Assembly (NCBI GenBank): GCA_965644495.1
Contig: CBFFSA010000007.1
Location: forward strand, 434,001-498,000
Source: Perkinsela sp. CCAP 1560/9
Taxonomy: Eukaryota > Protista > Euglenozoa: Kinetoplastea
DNA length: 64,000 nt
Reading direction: 5' to 3'
The translations under genes were made by a program, and so were the position numbers. The notes under the pieces were generated by a model. That model was not told the DNA's origin and ran no database searches. It was given only the letters and a program-made list of their open reading frames with translations. This document shows, piece after piece, positions 33,769 to 44,526 of the stretch. Positions within the stretch are counted from its first letter, which is position 1, and every line of letters begins with the position of its first letter.

Positions 33769-34310
33769 CATACGACGGGTGGATCATGTGAGGTTTCGTC
33801 CTCGCCGGAGGTGTGCGGGTGCGGAGAGCTGGCGTCCCAGGTGCAGAGAGCTCGGTTGTCATGTGCAGGTGCAGAGAGCCGGATGCGTAATCCCCATATT
33901 ACAGTTTCGGGGGCAATCCGGGTGCAGAGAGCTGCGACAGAGCCGAGGTGCGGAGAGCTGGGCGACCGCCAGGTGCAGAGAGCCGAGCCTCGTCGGCGGA
34001 GGACACGTCTAGTGGTCCTCAAGGGAGGCCACCGTGACGCATGGCCCTCTCGGAGAGGAAAAAGACAAGTCGAAAAAAAGCCGAGAGGGGGAAGCACACT
34101 CACTCCAGGGGAGTGAGTCGGGGAGGGGTGAAGTGGTGAAAGCGCGTCCCCTGCTTCAGCGACAAGAGGGACAGTTCCGACCTTAGTGCCGGCCGGCAAC
34201 GGGCATAAAAATACAGTAAGAGTATGCCCGTTGCCGGGGAAAGAAAGGATTAACTCAACAAGGTACAGAAACTAGTTGGGTAGAGTTGATCTTAGGTAGC
34301 GAAAGACTAC
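33769..34310 (+). ncRNA. Unknown highly structured insertion with six GTGCRGAGAG motifs (candidate ncRNA or non-autonomous element)
   Basis: Nested helices visible by eye. G-U pairs favour the + strand. It replaces the RT3-RT4 portion of the host retroelement. Confidence 0.6.
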
Positions 34311-37300
34311 TTCTATGGTGCTCCAGAAGCTCACACAAAGCCTGTGTATGCTCGATCGTTCCGTTGACCCCAGGTAAGAACCCCTGCTGTATAGTTGTAT
34401 CTATGATTCCCGTGGATGTGACATGCTCAAGAATTCGATGGCTAATTATCGTGTGGAATAGTTTACCCAGACAGCTTGTGAGGCAAATTAGACGCCAGTT
34501 CCCAAGATTGCTGGTTTCCCCATCCTTATGTGTCAGAAGAGTGGCTCCTCGTTTCCAGCTATCGGGGCACGTACCGAAGGTAAGGAGGTCGTTGAAAGCC
34601 TGTGCTATGGAAGGATATAGAGCTGCGCAGCGTTTTAAGACAGCGTTCCCAATGGTATCTGCGCCAGGGGCAGCGGATGGTCTCTTTGAAGCTATCGCCG
34701 CCTCGATGGCACTGCAATCGATCTCAGCCCAATACATGTCTGACTGTACCTGAGGTCCCAAGAGCTCTGTGGGAGGAAGTCCATAGTTTTCTTGTGGGGT
34801 TTGCATGCTATTCCGAAAATAGGTTGTGATTTCCTCCTAGGAGCAGTCCGGGTACTTGCCCCACCGCTGATCTGCCTCTTTCGTGTGCGCATCAAGGCAT
34901 TCCCCAGCTGCAGTCCCAGGATTTCTTTGGAATCGCACTTTAGCCCAGCGCTTGGCGATCTCCTCTCGTTGTGTCCTGCTTTCTTCTGCATAGACTTTTA
35001 GCAGCTTACTAGCTTCTTTTATTTCTCCTTTTAAGCGGTCGCGTTCCACTCGTCCATGGCTGTATCGCAGTGATATTTTGAGCCGGCGGATATGGCCCTC
35101 CATTTGCTTGGCTGAACGGTCGGCTGCAAGGGGTCGAGATCTACGTTGGGCGCGTCCTGTGTGGGTGCGTAGGCGAAAGCCTTCCACTGCGTCAGCCTTG
35201 CACGCAGTCTCGTAGGCACTCACCGCAATACTTGCAGTCAGAAGTTCTGCCTGGTGTTTAGCTTCATCTGCGGTAGTTGCAGGGCGCAGAAATTTCGCGC
35301 ATCGCTCTGCTGCGCGTCTTTCGGTCTGCTTCCACTGATCGCTAGAAAAGTGAATCATAATTCTTCCTCCTTCAATGGACTTCAGAGTTCTTAGGAGGGA
35401 TGCGCTCGTCTCTTCCTCGTTGTGCGTCCTCTGTGACGACATTATTCTGTTTGCGTTGCGTGATCGACGGCTCGGTGCACTGGATTGGAGCATTGACGGT
35501 TGTAGGGGTGGCTGTGGGGGTGATTGGGGGCTGGGCAAAGTGGTGTCTGGGCCATCTGCCACGCCGCGTGTGGTAGAAGTTTCGTTCGCGTGTGCAGGTG
35601 TTCGGCTTTCCGTCCGTGCTGTGCGGAGGTGCGCTTCCTCTGTTACGTTTGTTGCCGGTACTCTGTGTTCCGTCTCTGTTCGGTTTCCACTGTTCAGCGC
35701 AGTACTTGGACGAGTATTACCATGATCATTTCGGGTTTGCGCAGTCTCTGGCTGTGCCTGGGTCACATGTTCAGTTGAGGGATTCGATTCGTCAGGGTGG
35801 ATCTGCATGTACGACCCGGAGATAAGGCTACGCAGGCCCCGGAGCCCGGCCCACACGAGTGAGTTGACCACAGGTCGGACTGAGGAGGTGGACACACCAT
35901 CCTTGCAGCACTTGTGCTTGCAAGTAGTTTTATCAAAGCATTTGGGTAAGCACGGGCGGAGCTGGGTTTGTGGTTCTGGAGCACGCGTGTTGTTCTCTAT
36001 CGCCGGAGGTGTGCCGACGGAAAGAGGGACTGATAAGGGTGGGGTTTCATTTCTTTCAGCGGACGAGGGTAACAGGTTCCTCTATAGCAGGTCAGCCACC
36101 GGTTTCACGATACCTCGCTGGAGCTTTGGTGACCACAGGTCGTTTTATCGCGGCAGGAGTGTTTACATGGCTGCTCTACGGGAGTTTTTACAAGGGCTGC
36201 GGTGGGTGTAGCTTGTTTCCCGTTCCCTGTCGTCAATGCTGTAGGTTCTGTCGCATGAGTTAGGGATATAGGGCCAGAATGGAGCACTGCTCGCTCAGGG
36301 ATTAGGGACTCATGTGTGGCGTCTCGAGGCGGCGTTAGCGGCACACCAATTTTGCAGCATACGTGCTTGCAATGGGCTTTGTCCCGGCAGATGTTTTTAC
36401 AAGGGCGATGTGTGGGCAGGATCGAGGCCATTGGGGAGGACTCGTCCGGGACTGTACTTGTGGGCTCGGGCATTAAATCCAGGGTGTCCGCTCGCTCTAG
36501 GCCGGGCGCTGGCTGAGGGGAAGGGAGGGGCGCGAGATCGTTTGAAAGCGGGATGCCATCGTTTGTGACTTTACAACATAGGTGTTTGCAGGTAGCTTTG
36601 TTGCTGCAATGGTGCGCACATGGTCTCGTCCTTCGCAGAGTAGCACCGGGATCCGCGTTCGTGTTGTGCCGCGTCCGTATGCGATAAGACTCGTCGTAAT
36701 CCACTTCTTTGAGCTTCCAATATGAGCCTTCTTCCTCGGTTGACTCGCGTTGAATAATCAAAATTTCATATCCCGATAATGCAATCATGCTCCGCCCTCC
36801 CAACTTCTTAATGGCGCGACCTAGAGCTCCTGCCGAGGAATATGCGCCAGTGAGGTTCATGTCTTTGTCCGCGTATGCCGATGTCCAACTGGTGTGGCGG
36901 AAAGTCCGTTGTTCTCCATCTACTTCACGGAATTTGATGTAATCGCAACATCTTTGGTCCATAACGTCACTTATGTTGCATGTTTGGATCAGAATTCCAT
37001 CAGGTCGCTTGGCGCCTGATTTTAAGGTTCGTGCAATAGAAAGTTCTGCCGTGAGTTCTGCATTAAAAGCCCCCTTTTCCGTTAGAAACTGTGCTGCTGC
37101 GTGGATGTGGGGAAAGTAGGCCCATTTGCTCGCTTCAGGGTGTCTAATGCGAATTGGCACTGCACTAGTGCGTGTCGGGCGAAAGCTTTCTTCGTGAAAT
37201 GGCTCTGCGCTGGCAGATCCTCGAGGGGTGGATGGACATGCCCCTTGTGGGGATAGCAGTTATACGGTAACTAAAAAAAGTGTTCAAATGTTTTAACAAA

Positions 37301-37524
37301 TTTTAATGCTTTTATATTTTGCAAAAGAGATTCAAAGGATAATGCAGTAGTATATTACAGTAGTATAGGCTGGAGTAGTGCTTACATTCCCACGTACTTA
37401 GACTTCGTCAATGATCTTACTATAAAAAACTATGAAAGATGTAATGCGAGCCCAACACTTGAACACTTTTTTCACTTTTTTGAGATTACTTTTTTTTTGA
37501 ACAAAACTTTGTCATACTTCACCC

Positions 37525-37845
37525 TTACCAAACCAAAATGACCGAAACGTAATACTTCGTAAGTCCCCTCTTCGCCCTAATTACTGCCCTCAAACGAGGG
37601 GGTATGCTACGGACAAGAGGAAGACATGCACTCGGAGGAAGGTCTGCCCATGCTTTTTGGGCGCGTTCCCAAAGCTCCAACATTCGTACGGGAGGATCTG
37701 GATGATCCGCAGTTGACTTTTTGAGCTCGCCCCATAGGTGCTCTACGGGATTTAAATTGGGAGACTTCGAGGGCCAGTCTAGGACACACAATTCTTGTAA
37801 ACGAAGGAATTCCCGGGCCTACTCGTGTGCTTTGGATCATTATGG
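37525..37845 (-). mobile_element. Tc1-type transposase C-terminal fragment
   Basis: NDPKHTS (frameshifted), then WPSKSPNLNPVEHLW and AVIRAKRGLTKY. Confidence 0.85.
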
Positions 37846-38049
37846 ACCACCTCTACCGACTGAGACCGAGTCGGTTGCAGTACGCCCCTCCGGCTGCGTA
37901 AACAGAGGGCGAGTTGCCTGGACCACCTCTACCGACAGAGTCCGTGCTAATCCCCTTGGTGCGACATCCGTCATTACGGATTGTACCGATGACTTAGGCT
38001 GTCGCATCAAGGGCTGTATCTCTGCGCCAACGAGCGCATGAACATCAAA
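37843..38049 (+). mobile_element. SINE-like element sharing the 3' end of the HERO-like retroelement
   Basis: 37955-38049 is a near-identical reverse complement of 31167-31261. The 5' part is unrelated and carries an 18-bp direct repeat (37843-37860, 37919-37936). Confidence 0.7.
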
Positions 38050-39241
38050 ATTTGTCTAAAAAGCAAAAAAAAATTCCCAATCTGCAGTTGCTAGAAAAAT
38101 AGTGTCTTGACCTTAAAATGCGATTTCTTACCGTGTTATTGATAGAAAAGTTGCTCTGTCGCTTCTAAAAAAGGGACGTCGCCCGCTCCTGTCGCTGGGA
38201 GGGGGGTAGGTATAATAAGTGGGCATGGGTATACTATCCTGGAACATGGTTTAGAAAGAAGAGCTCCGCGAAACAGCGCGCTTTTTTTTGAGGGTGGAAA
38301 AATTTTCACCCTCGACCTGGAACATATTACCCCCCCACTTATAGTGCCGTTTGAACGAAAACCTCGGCACTATAAGTGGGGGGCACAGTATATATTAAAA
38401 TTCATTTTCCTTTATTTTTGACCGGAGTATCTCAGTACAGATTATTGTCATTGTATGGAAATATAAATTTCGATCTTTAAAGGTGCATACATAAAGGGTG
38501 TATAATGACGCGTTTTTTAACTTGGATGCAATGCTGCACGAAGTATACTACGGCTACCGAATGCAAGGATGCGTTTCTTTTTTACGTGGTGCGTCCCTAT
38601 TTTCCAAGTCTGTGCTTTCTGTATTTAGTGCACTCATTTTTGCCGAATCAAAATCATCTTCGTGCGACACTCAATCGGGGGTGGATTGCTTTACCCGTGC
38701 CTACCAAAAAGAATGCGTTACATAAGCGTGAAAATGTTTTAATGTTTGAGCAATCAAGCATTAAAACGAAAATCCTGAACTACAGTATTTTTCCCTCTTA
38801 CCCCTCGGCCTTTTCTATTTTCGCCGTCGCACGTGTCCAAAATCACGCTGATGGAGATTCTGAAAGTGGAGATTCGTATAACAATGATCAAATCAGGGTA
38901 CTGGGTTTTTTGAATATGTGGATTCGCTTCTAGTGATGGGTCTACACGCTACACACTGGGAGATGCATTACTAATTGCAAATATAAAAAAATTATTTCTT
39001 GTATTCATAATTGTTTCCCCCGTTTAAGCACACCTCGTTTTCCGTGAGTTCTATTCCTTCCGAATGAACCTTCAGCTGGATCGTTTCAAAAAAATTCGAA
39101 CTTTTTCGAACCGACCAAGCGTTGAAACGCTACATACAAAAGTGCTCTAGATAAGAGTGGTTTCAGGGTTTCACGGAGGTTACATTTATGGGCTACACAT
39201 TACTTACACCTTATATTGTACCCATACGAAAGCGTTACTCT

Positions 39242-39496
39242 TTATACCACCTTTTTACTCTTTTCCAGGATTTGAGCCCCTTTAAAACATCTTTGAAAGC
39301 GAATGGACTGCGTCGAGCGCTCCTCATCTAGATTTTCTAATTGACGCCATACGAGCGCCGAGTGAAAGGACTCTAGTGTAGAAGGACTGTAAAATCTTGC
39401 CAGACTGACGCATAGGCAAAGAAAGTCTTCTTCTTTGATGTGCTGAACTCCCTGAATACCCAATAAAACCTCGAGTCGATTGTAATAGTTGGCCAA
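39242..39496 (-). pseudogene. Possible tyrosine-recombinase N-terminal (core-binding) fragment of a DIRS/VIPER-like element
   Basis: FL..L...YSPSTLESFHSAL...F...FKG pattern. No catalytic domain recognised. Confidence 0.3.
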
Positions 39497-40289
39497 AAGG
39501 GACTTTTTTCCCCCAAGATTTTTTTCTATTTATTAAAATATTTTATAAAAATATTTATAGAACTTTCCAACTTCAAGACCCCTTTTCTGAATACTTACTC
39601 TTGGCTGGTTAAAAATCTTTCAAAATCATCCAACGCCCCGTCACAAGCACCCTTTACTTTGGAAAACCTTTGCAGTGTCTTGAGGAATTCCACAAACGAA
39701 TGTTCACGACGCAAGCTCAGAGTTGAGCGGGCATGCATCCAAACGCGAAGTGATGCACATCGACGATGCCTCTCTTGTTGGTCTCAGCGCCCGCAACTCT
39801 GCGCTCGAATAACCTCCTGCCCAGTCTCGTCAAAATGGACAAGTAAGTGGGGGGTGGGACTATGACAAATACAGTACCTCAAGAAACTGATCACACTTTC
39901 TCGCGTTGAACATTGTGGTAAGAAAATGTTTATAAAACATATTAGAAGGGTGAAACCAGCTCGGTTCTAGCGTGTTCCCCCGTGTTTGGTCGAGTTAAGA
40001 GTTCGGACACTTAACTTGTGGAGAATATGCAGTTTCTTTCTAATCTTTTAGTTTGTATTTTGTAATTTTTTTTATTCGTTTTTTTGAAACGCGGCATTCC
40101 CTCTATATTTTTACCCAGTACTTGAACCATGTAGGTCCATTGGGGGGGTATATGATTTTAAAACAAGCAATCAAATTAGCGATTTCACATGTGCCCAAAA
40201 CTAGCAATTCAACCTGCCTTAAGTTATTTATGATTCTGATAACAATAATAATAAAAAGAAGCAATCCAGGCCCAGTCCATTCGCGCTTT

Positions 40290-41750
40290 CCGGACCGGGT
40301 CTTTCGACCTCTCCACGGCCTGACTTGTGAACCCTTCGCTTGCTATATGGGAGGGCGCAGGCGCGGGCCTGTGTCGACAGCAACACGGCCGCGAAACAGG
40401 ATGAATTTTTTTTATCCCCCGTAATACCAAAGAAGTTTGTGGCCTTGGTAACCTTCGATAGGACCCATCCCTCTTCAACTGCTTCCGTGGCGCCAATATA
40501 CGCCCCCAGAAGTTTAACGCCCCCCGGAGCATGTTGCATCCTGCTCCCCGAGAAGACCGAGTACAAGTCCGGGTGGCGGGTAGCCACCATGCACTTGGTC
40601 GTATTGAGCTTTAGGCCCAAAAACTTGATCTCCTCTTCCAAGGAGTCAAAGGCATTTACGCACACCCCGGGCTCCGCGGCTATGGTTTTATCATCCAGAT
40701 ATGCCCATAGTTTTAGACAGCCAGAGTATTTTGCCGCCACGGCCGAGATGGCGCCCTGTATCCCTAAGGCAAAAAGGATGGGCGCCATCGGGTCCCCTTG
40801 TTTCACCCCCCGGGAGCTAGGGATGGCAATCCCCTCCCGCAGGTGGAGCTTGCTAGGGGTCCCGTACCCGAAAAGGGAAATGCCGATCATAGGGGAAAGG
40901 TTCGGATACCTTTTCAAGGCTCGGAAAATGGCCGCGCGGGAAATGCTGTTAAAGGCATTTTCCACTTCGACCGCCGCGGTCACCTCATCGGGTCTGTCGC
41001 GGAAGTGATCTCTCACTACGACGTGCTCGCATCCTTGAGTGTATTGGGCTCCGAATTGGAGGCCCTGAAACACAGCAGGGAGGTGGTCTCTGACCTGTTC
41101 GAGGGCTAGTAGACCCGCGAGCTTCAAGATGCCCCCCCTCATGGCAATGGGCCTGTACGAGGAGTGGTGTCCCACTGGGGCCCCAGGCTTGTTAAAGAGC
41201 TTGAGGTTAGCTCCCGTGAGAAAATCCCTCATCGTGGGAGGGAGGGAGGGGGTGGGGATCCCTTGGATGATCCAAGTGACCACGTCCCTCGGGTCATCCT
41301 CCTGTAGGATGGGGACCAGGAGTTCCTTGGTCCATCCGGACGAGCCTGGCGCTCTAAGCGGCGCAAGGCTAGTTGCCTTTCGGACAACGTCTGCCGCCGA
41401 CGGGAGGGGTCCATGACTTTCCTTGTCATAGACGAACTTGGGGGTGTTATAAGGACCTCCCGTAGGGTGGAGGCGTTCCACCTGTTCCCCCGCTGTAGCC
41501 GGGTTTGCCGACGGATCGAGGGGGCTTCCAAGATTTTAGCCGCCTTCGAGAAAGCCCCCGCCCGGATCAGCTCAGTGACTCGTTTGATAACAGAACGGGG
41601 GAAACTGTTGGTGAGGAGGGGAGTAGAAGCGATGGTTTCTGACCTCTCTAGGTTAGCCCGTTTCCGTAACTCCCTCGCCAACTGCCTCTGGGACAGCTTG
41701 TCCTCGGGGAAAAACAGGAACCGTTTAACCCCGAGGGGGGTTACAATTTT
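40290..41750 (-). mobile_element. Truncated CRE-clade-like non-LTR retrotransposon RT
   Basis: APGSSGW, YRPIAM, LQFG, NAFNSISR, SSRGVKQGDPMAPILFAL, AYLDD, GLKLNTTKC and GVKLLGAYIG. Frameshifted and truncated at both ends. Confidence 0.85.
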
Positions 41751-42371
41751 GTAATTGTATACTGTAATTTGACTACGAAAAAAATACGTATTTTAATAGT
41801 AAATTTTTTGTTTCGTAACTATTTTTTCGGGCTCATTTTGGAATGAAACACGACTTTCCCCCCGATTAAAACGTTTACATCGAAGACATCTACGGGAATC
41901 CTGCCTCGGACACTTCTGAACGTCTTCGTAAGGGGGTGCGCCACCAGATGAAGGAAACCTTTTTGATACCACTAACTCGTAAGGAAATAGTGGATATCAA
42001 GTTTTCGGGACTGAGCGCGGCCGAAAATGACTGAGAAAATGGCTAAGACAAGCACAAACTGCTCCACTAGAATCAGCATAGCAAAGAATTTCTGAAGTCG
42101 GCATTCGGACTTCTGTGGAACAGTGAGCGCGTCGACTGGCGTATTCGGCCTCGGCAACTTTATTTAACTTCGTTGACACTCCTTGATGTCGATCACCCTA
42201 ATGTACAAGAATGGACATCTCGCGAGGATTGTTTCTGCAAGTTTCATAAGGGGAATGCGAACGACTCTCTCTCTCTATTAAGAACTACAGAACTCAGGTA
42301 ACACAAGAGCTTCAAATCAAAGGAATTGAATCTGTTGGAAAGTGTTCATCGAAGTGTAAAGAAGCCCCTAA

Positions 42372-43852
42372 GACGTATGTAAAATTGAGTAAAAATCAAA
42401 TTACTTACTTACTTCTTTCAATAAATGCTTACATCAATACTTTGTGTAACCGCCCTTGGCCGTGATTACCGCTTGCATACATCGCGGCATGCTTTCGACC
42501 AGAGTACGGCAGTATGCGGGGGATATGGTCTCCCACATTTCCCTGGAACGGTCCACAAGCTCCCCGATATTCGCCGGTGGCGGTTCAACTTCACCCAGCT
42601 TTGCCTTCTGTTGGCCCCAAAGATTCTCAATGGGGTTTAACTCCGGTGACTGCGGCGGCCATCCAGACAGAACTTGAACTCCCACGCTGGCGAAATGCTC
42701 CTTTGCAATCTTGCTGGTCTGTTTTGGGTCATCATCCTGCTGGAAGATAATTTTGCCCATGTTGTCACCCAGTTTTCGAAGTGAGGCGGGAAGGTTCTCC
42801 GCTAGTATGTCCTTGTACTGGGAGGCGTCCGTATTACCTTGAACGATTTGAATGGTTCCAATACCATCTTTGGACATACACCCCCACGCCATTATGCTCC
42901 CCCCACCGTGCTTTAGAGTTCCTATGACGGTTCGGGCACTAGGTTCACCAAGCCTCTTCTACACCCAGTGAATACCATCAGATCCGAAACGGTTGATTTT
43001 GGTTTCGTCGGAAAAATACAATGAAAACCACTCTTCCTTCCAAATATTGTGGTCGAGGGCAAATTTTAAATGCATAGCACGGTGTCTATCGCTCAGGAAG
43101 GGTTTTCGCTGACGCTTCCGACCCCCCAGACCATCAGAGCGCAAGATATTACGAATGGTTTCTGGCGAAACATTGCCGATGCCTTCACGGCAGAAACGAT
43201 TCCGCACTCCCACAGGAGTCCTTTCCGCCCCGCTCTCAATTAGACGCTGAGAGCGCCTTATCGAGGTCTCAGAGAGCTTTCTACGGCGACCTCCCTTGTT
43301 GATTGGACGCGGCGTCACGTTCATCGACCTTATTGTGCTCACTGCACCTCCCTTTCGGGATATTTTTCTATGTGAGTCACCATTGTCTATTATTTCATTG
43401 ACTTGTTTTAGCTTTGAATTCGACAAACGTAGTGGTATGTGGATAATACAAAAATATATTGGTTTGGTGGCAATTCTTTTCTTATCTCTCAGTAAATATT
43501 TTTTACCATTTTTTTTATTGGTTTCTATCGTTTTGTACCCAAGGTTTGTCAATGCCACCCCGGTTGTCGAGGTCCTGTCATGGTAAGTACTTGCCAAGGT
43601 CCTGACGAATATGAAGATTATTGACCGATTGTGGTATAATAAATTTGGCTTACTATTCATATTATGAATAATAATAAGCAGTTGTGACATAACTGCGAGA
43701 GTTTGAAATCAAGGCCTTTAAGTCATTTAATATGTAGAATTTGATGTTTGTTTTAGAATTTCTAAGCGTAACCTCAGCCCACGTTTTCTTTAATCAAAAT
43801 TAGCCGAAGGTAAGAGACCACCTAGGCATTACTCACATTTTTACCTGTACTG
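42372..43852 (-). mobile_element. Near-complete Tc1-family transposon with a premature stop
   Basis: FSDETK...KHGGGSIMAWGC...FQQDD...WPPQSPELNPIENLW. ORFs 42959-43690 and 42434-42892 are in frame across one TAG. A TIR beginning CAGTAC ends at 43852 next to TA, with a degenerate partner at ~42372. Confidence 0.9.
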
Positions 43853-43983
43853 TAGACATACCTAAATTTTTATCACTGTTTGACTTTCTGCACTGAATTT
43901 TCCTTATACGTAAGAAAAAACTCTTGAAACACGAGACTCACTATACTAGGGAAAACATTCGGATATTCCAGGAACCTTTATGC

Positions 43984-44526
43984 CTATTTCCGCGGGTAGG
44001 CAGACTTTCCTTGTCCTGCGGCGTTGTAGCGCGGCTTAATTGGGAGGACTTTTTCCTTTTCGCTGGAAGAGAGCCCGGACCACACTTCTTCATTTGACCG
44101 AGTGCACTGTCGCACACCATGGCCTTTCCGGCCGCAGTGTCGACATCCCCTCGCCGGTGCATTCGGATAGTACCAAACCGGCTTAAAATTGCTAAAACTT
44201 GAGCGCGATCTTTCGAACTTGAAGCGTTTCTTCGAGGACTCGTCGTGCGTCCATCGACGTTTCTCAACCGTCCGGCCTAGTTCATTCATAGCTTTCTTGT
44301 TACCAGCTAGGATCGAGACGATGGCCTTGTCCGATAATGAGGCTTCATTATACAGAAGTAGGTCCTCGATTTCGCTGGTCGTAATATCGACTTCCTTAGA
44401 TGCTGTCAGACGGTGATAACACAGCACCGACGCGAGCTTGCACAACAAACCCCAATACATGAGGCGGACAGAGTCCACTTCTATGTCGGGGAGGGCGGCT
44501 TGTGTGTGGGGGGGGAGAGCGGACAT
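43984..44526 (-). mobile_element. Gag-like ORF with CCHC zinc knuckle
   Basis: CRHCGRKGHGVRQC fits CX2CX4HX4C. Confidence 0.6.

Larger units (their letters stand above)
31167..37260 (-). mobile_element. Degenerate R2-superfamily (RLE) non-LTR retrotransposon, HERO/NeSL-like
   Basis: Pieces in order: zinc-finger region (36105-37160, 34837-35958), RT (APGAD, WRLICL, QQGF..GTIEH; AFADD, GLQLNVKKC), CCHC (CPIC..HILTGC) and RLE (RHD, RPD, IELTSPWEE, K..KY). Contains frameshifts and two nested insertions. Confidence 0.9.

Noticed and set aside
33819-33982. Short direct repeats with unique spacers, superficially CRISPR-like
   Set aside because: Repeats are only 10-12 bp, spacers vary from 12 to 43 bp and pair with each other, the context is eukaryotic and there are no cas genes.
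42959-42961. In-frame TAG suggesting a reassigned stop codon
   Set aside because: Host genes such as HADH end at TAG at the expected C-terminus. This is a nonsense mutation in a dead transposon.
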